A DNA stretch of 63,113 nt, the filler included, from Octopus bimaculoides (taxonomy: Eukaryota): the NCBI RefSeq assembly GCF_001194135.2. It is 7 parts of 5 records of this genome, joined end to end, with 100 filler letters (N's around TTAATTAATTAA, not from the genome) between each part and the next. Parts side by side here need not be neighbours in the genome. Positions count along the whole stretch, not along the records: positions 57,382 to 63,113 come from NC_068982.1; 6 more parts are not named here. One strand, written 5' to 3'. Positions 62,141 to 63,113 of this stretch are shown here, piece after piece; the first letter of the stretch is position 1; the number at the start of each line of letters is the position of its first letter. The notes under the pieces are model-generated. The model was not told the DNA's origin. It did no database searches and worked only from the letters and a program-made list of their open reading frames with translations. A program made the position numbers and the translations under genes.

Positions 62141-63113
62141 AAAACACTTTCTTCCTCAAAATCAGAGGCCTTTTACTTAAGTCAGAAAATTTATAACATA
62201 CATACGCTCTCTCTCTTCCCCTTCCCCTCTCTCTCTCTCTTCCCATTCCCCCTCTCTCTCTCTGTTCCCCTTCCCCCTCTCTCTGTTCCCCTTCCCTCTC
62301 TCTCTCTTTCCTTCCATCTCTCTCTCCCCACTTCTCTCTCATACACACACATGCCCATACAACTGTACAAGACATTGTGTACAGAGACCCTGGAACATAT
62401 ACTAGCATAAATGATTGTCATATAGAAACAGGTATAACACACAGGCAAACAAATACATTGTCACAAGCGATGACGCAAAAATATATAACACGATACATAA
62501 ATTCATAAATAAAACCATGCTACTCCGCACATTTTAATAGTATTTACGTGATGTTTATCTGAATACATTATTCATTCCGAAATGATATATACATAAAATA
62601 TATACAATAAAAATAAAAATAAAATGAAGAATTGATGATTGCACGACTGTTCGATGATATTCCAATCAATAATTCATTCCTATACTGTCGTGTGGCTGAA
62701 ATCTTTTTGATTTGCGGGAATGTCGTCTGCTTAGTGAGTTACAAAATGGAGATAAGGAAAATAACCGAATGGCGTAAACTAGCTTTATAGATTCGGCATG
62801 GTCTGGCAAGATAATAACACATGTATATGAATGAATGTATGTATGTACGTATGTATGTATGTATGCATGTATGCATGCATGCATGCATGTATGCATGTAT
62901 GCATGTACGTATGTATGTATGTATGTATGAATGTAAGTATGTATATATGTATGTATGTGTGTATGTATGTACTTATGCATGTGTAGTATACGTATCGACA
63001 TACACATACATATACATACATTCATATATATACACATATATATATGTGTGTATGTATTTATATATGCATGCATGTGTGTGCGAACCTACTTGTATATATA
63101 TATATATATATAT

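Noticed and set aside
62666-63073. His/Thr/Tyr-rich ORF with a unique-looking tail
   Set aside because: Mostly (TACA)n translation; the tail has no recognisable motif or supported splice sites.

Overview
Repeat-dense, gap-rich animal genomic DNA, most likely octopus. That assignment is inferred from the tRNA-derived SINE families and the extreme microsatellite load, not from a database search. Two host genes are supported, both on the minus strand. (1) An achaete-scute family bHLH gene (CDS core 24682-25221), possibly with hidden flanking exons. (2) A secreted protein missed as a unit by the ORF track: a candidate signal-peptide exon (50552-50624) plus two duplicated, symmetric phase-1 exons (50209-50370, 44979-45146), each encoding a 6-Cys VWC/pacifastin-like module. 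The rest is mostly transposon debris: R4/Dong-like RLE LINE fragments stacked in (TAA)n arrays, a ~540-bp non-coding (TAA)n-embedded element (4 copies), Tx1/L1-like LINEs, a near-complete CR1-group LINE with a multi-CCCH ORF1, Penelope-like elements, a Helitron, a rearranged mariner, several fold-back/MITE-like elements and many SINEs. Highlights are a well-formed minimal hammerhead ribozyme in sense orientation inside an intron of the Cys-module gene, a second hammerhead with a long structured helix II, a shared 3' tail between a Tx1-like LINE and a SINE, and a 142-bp unit that switches polarity mid-array. Most long ORFs in the track are microsatellite or N-gap artefacts, and the NN-TTAATTAATTAA-NN blocks are assembly linkers.
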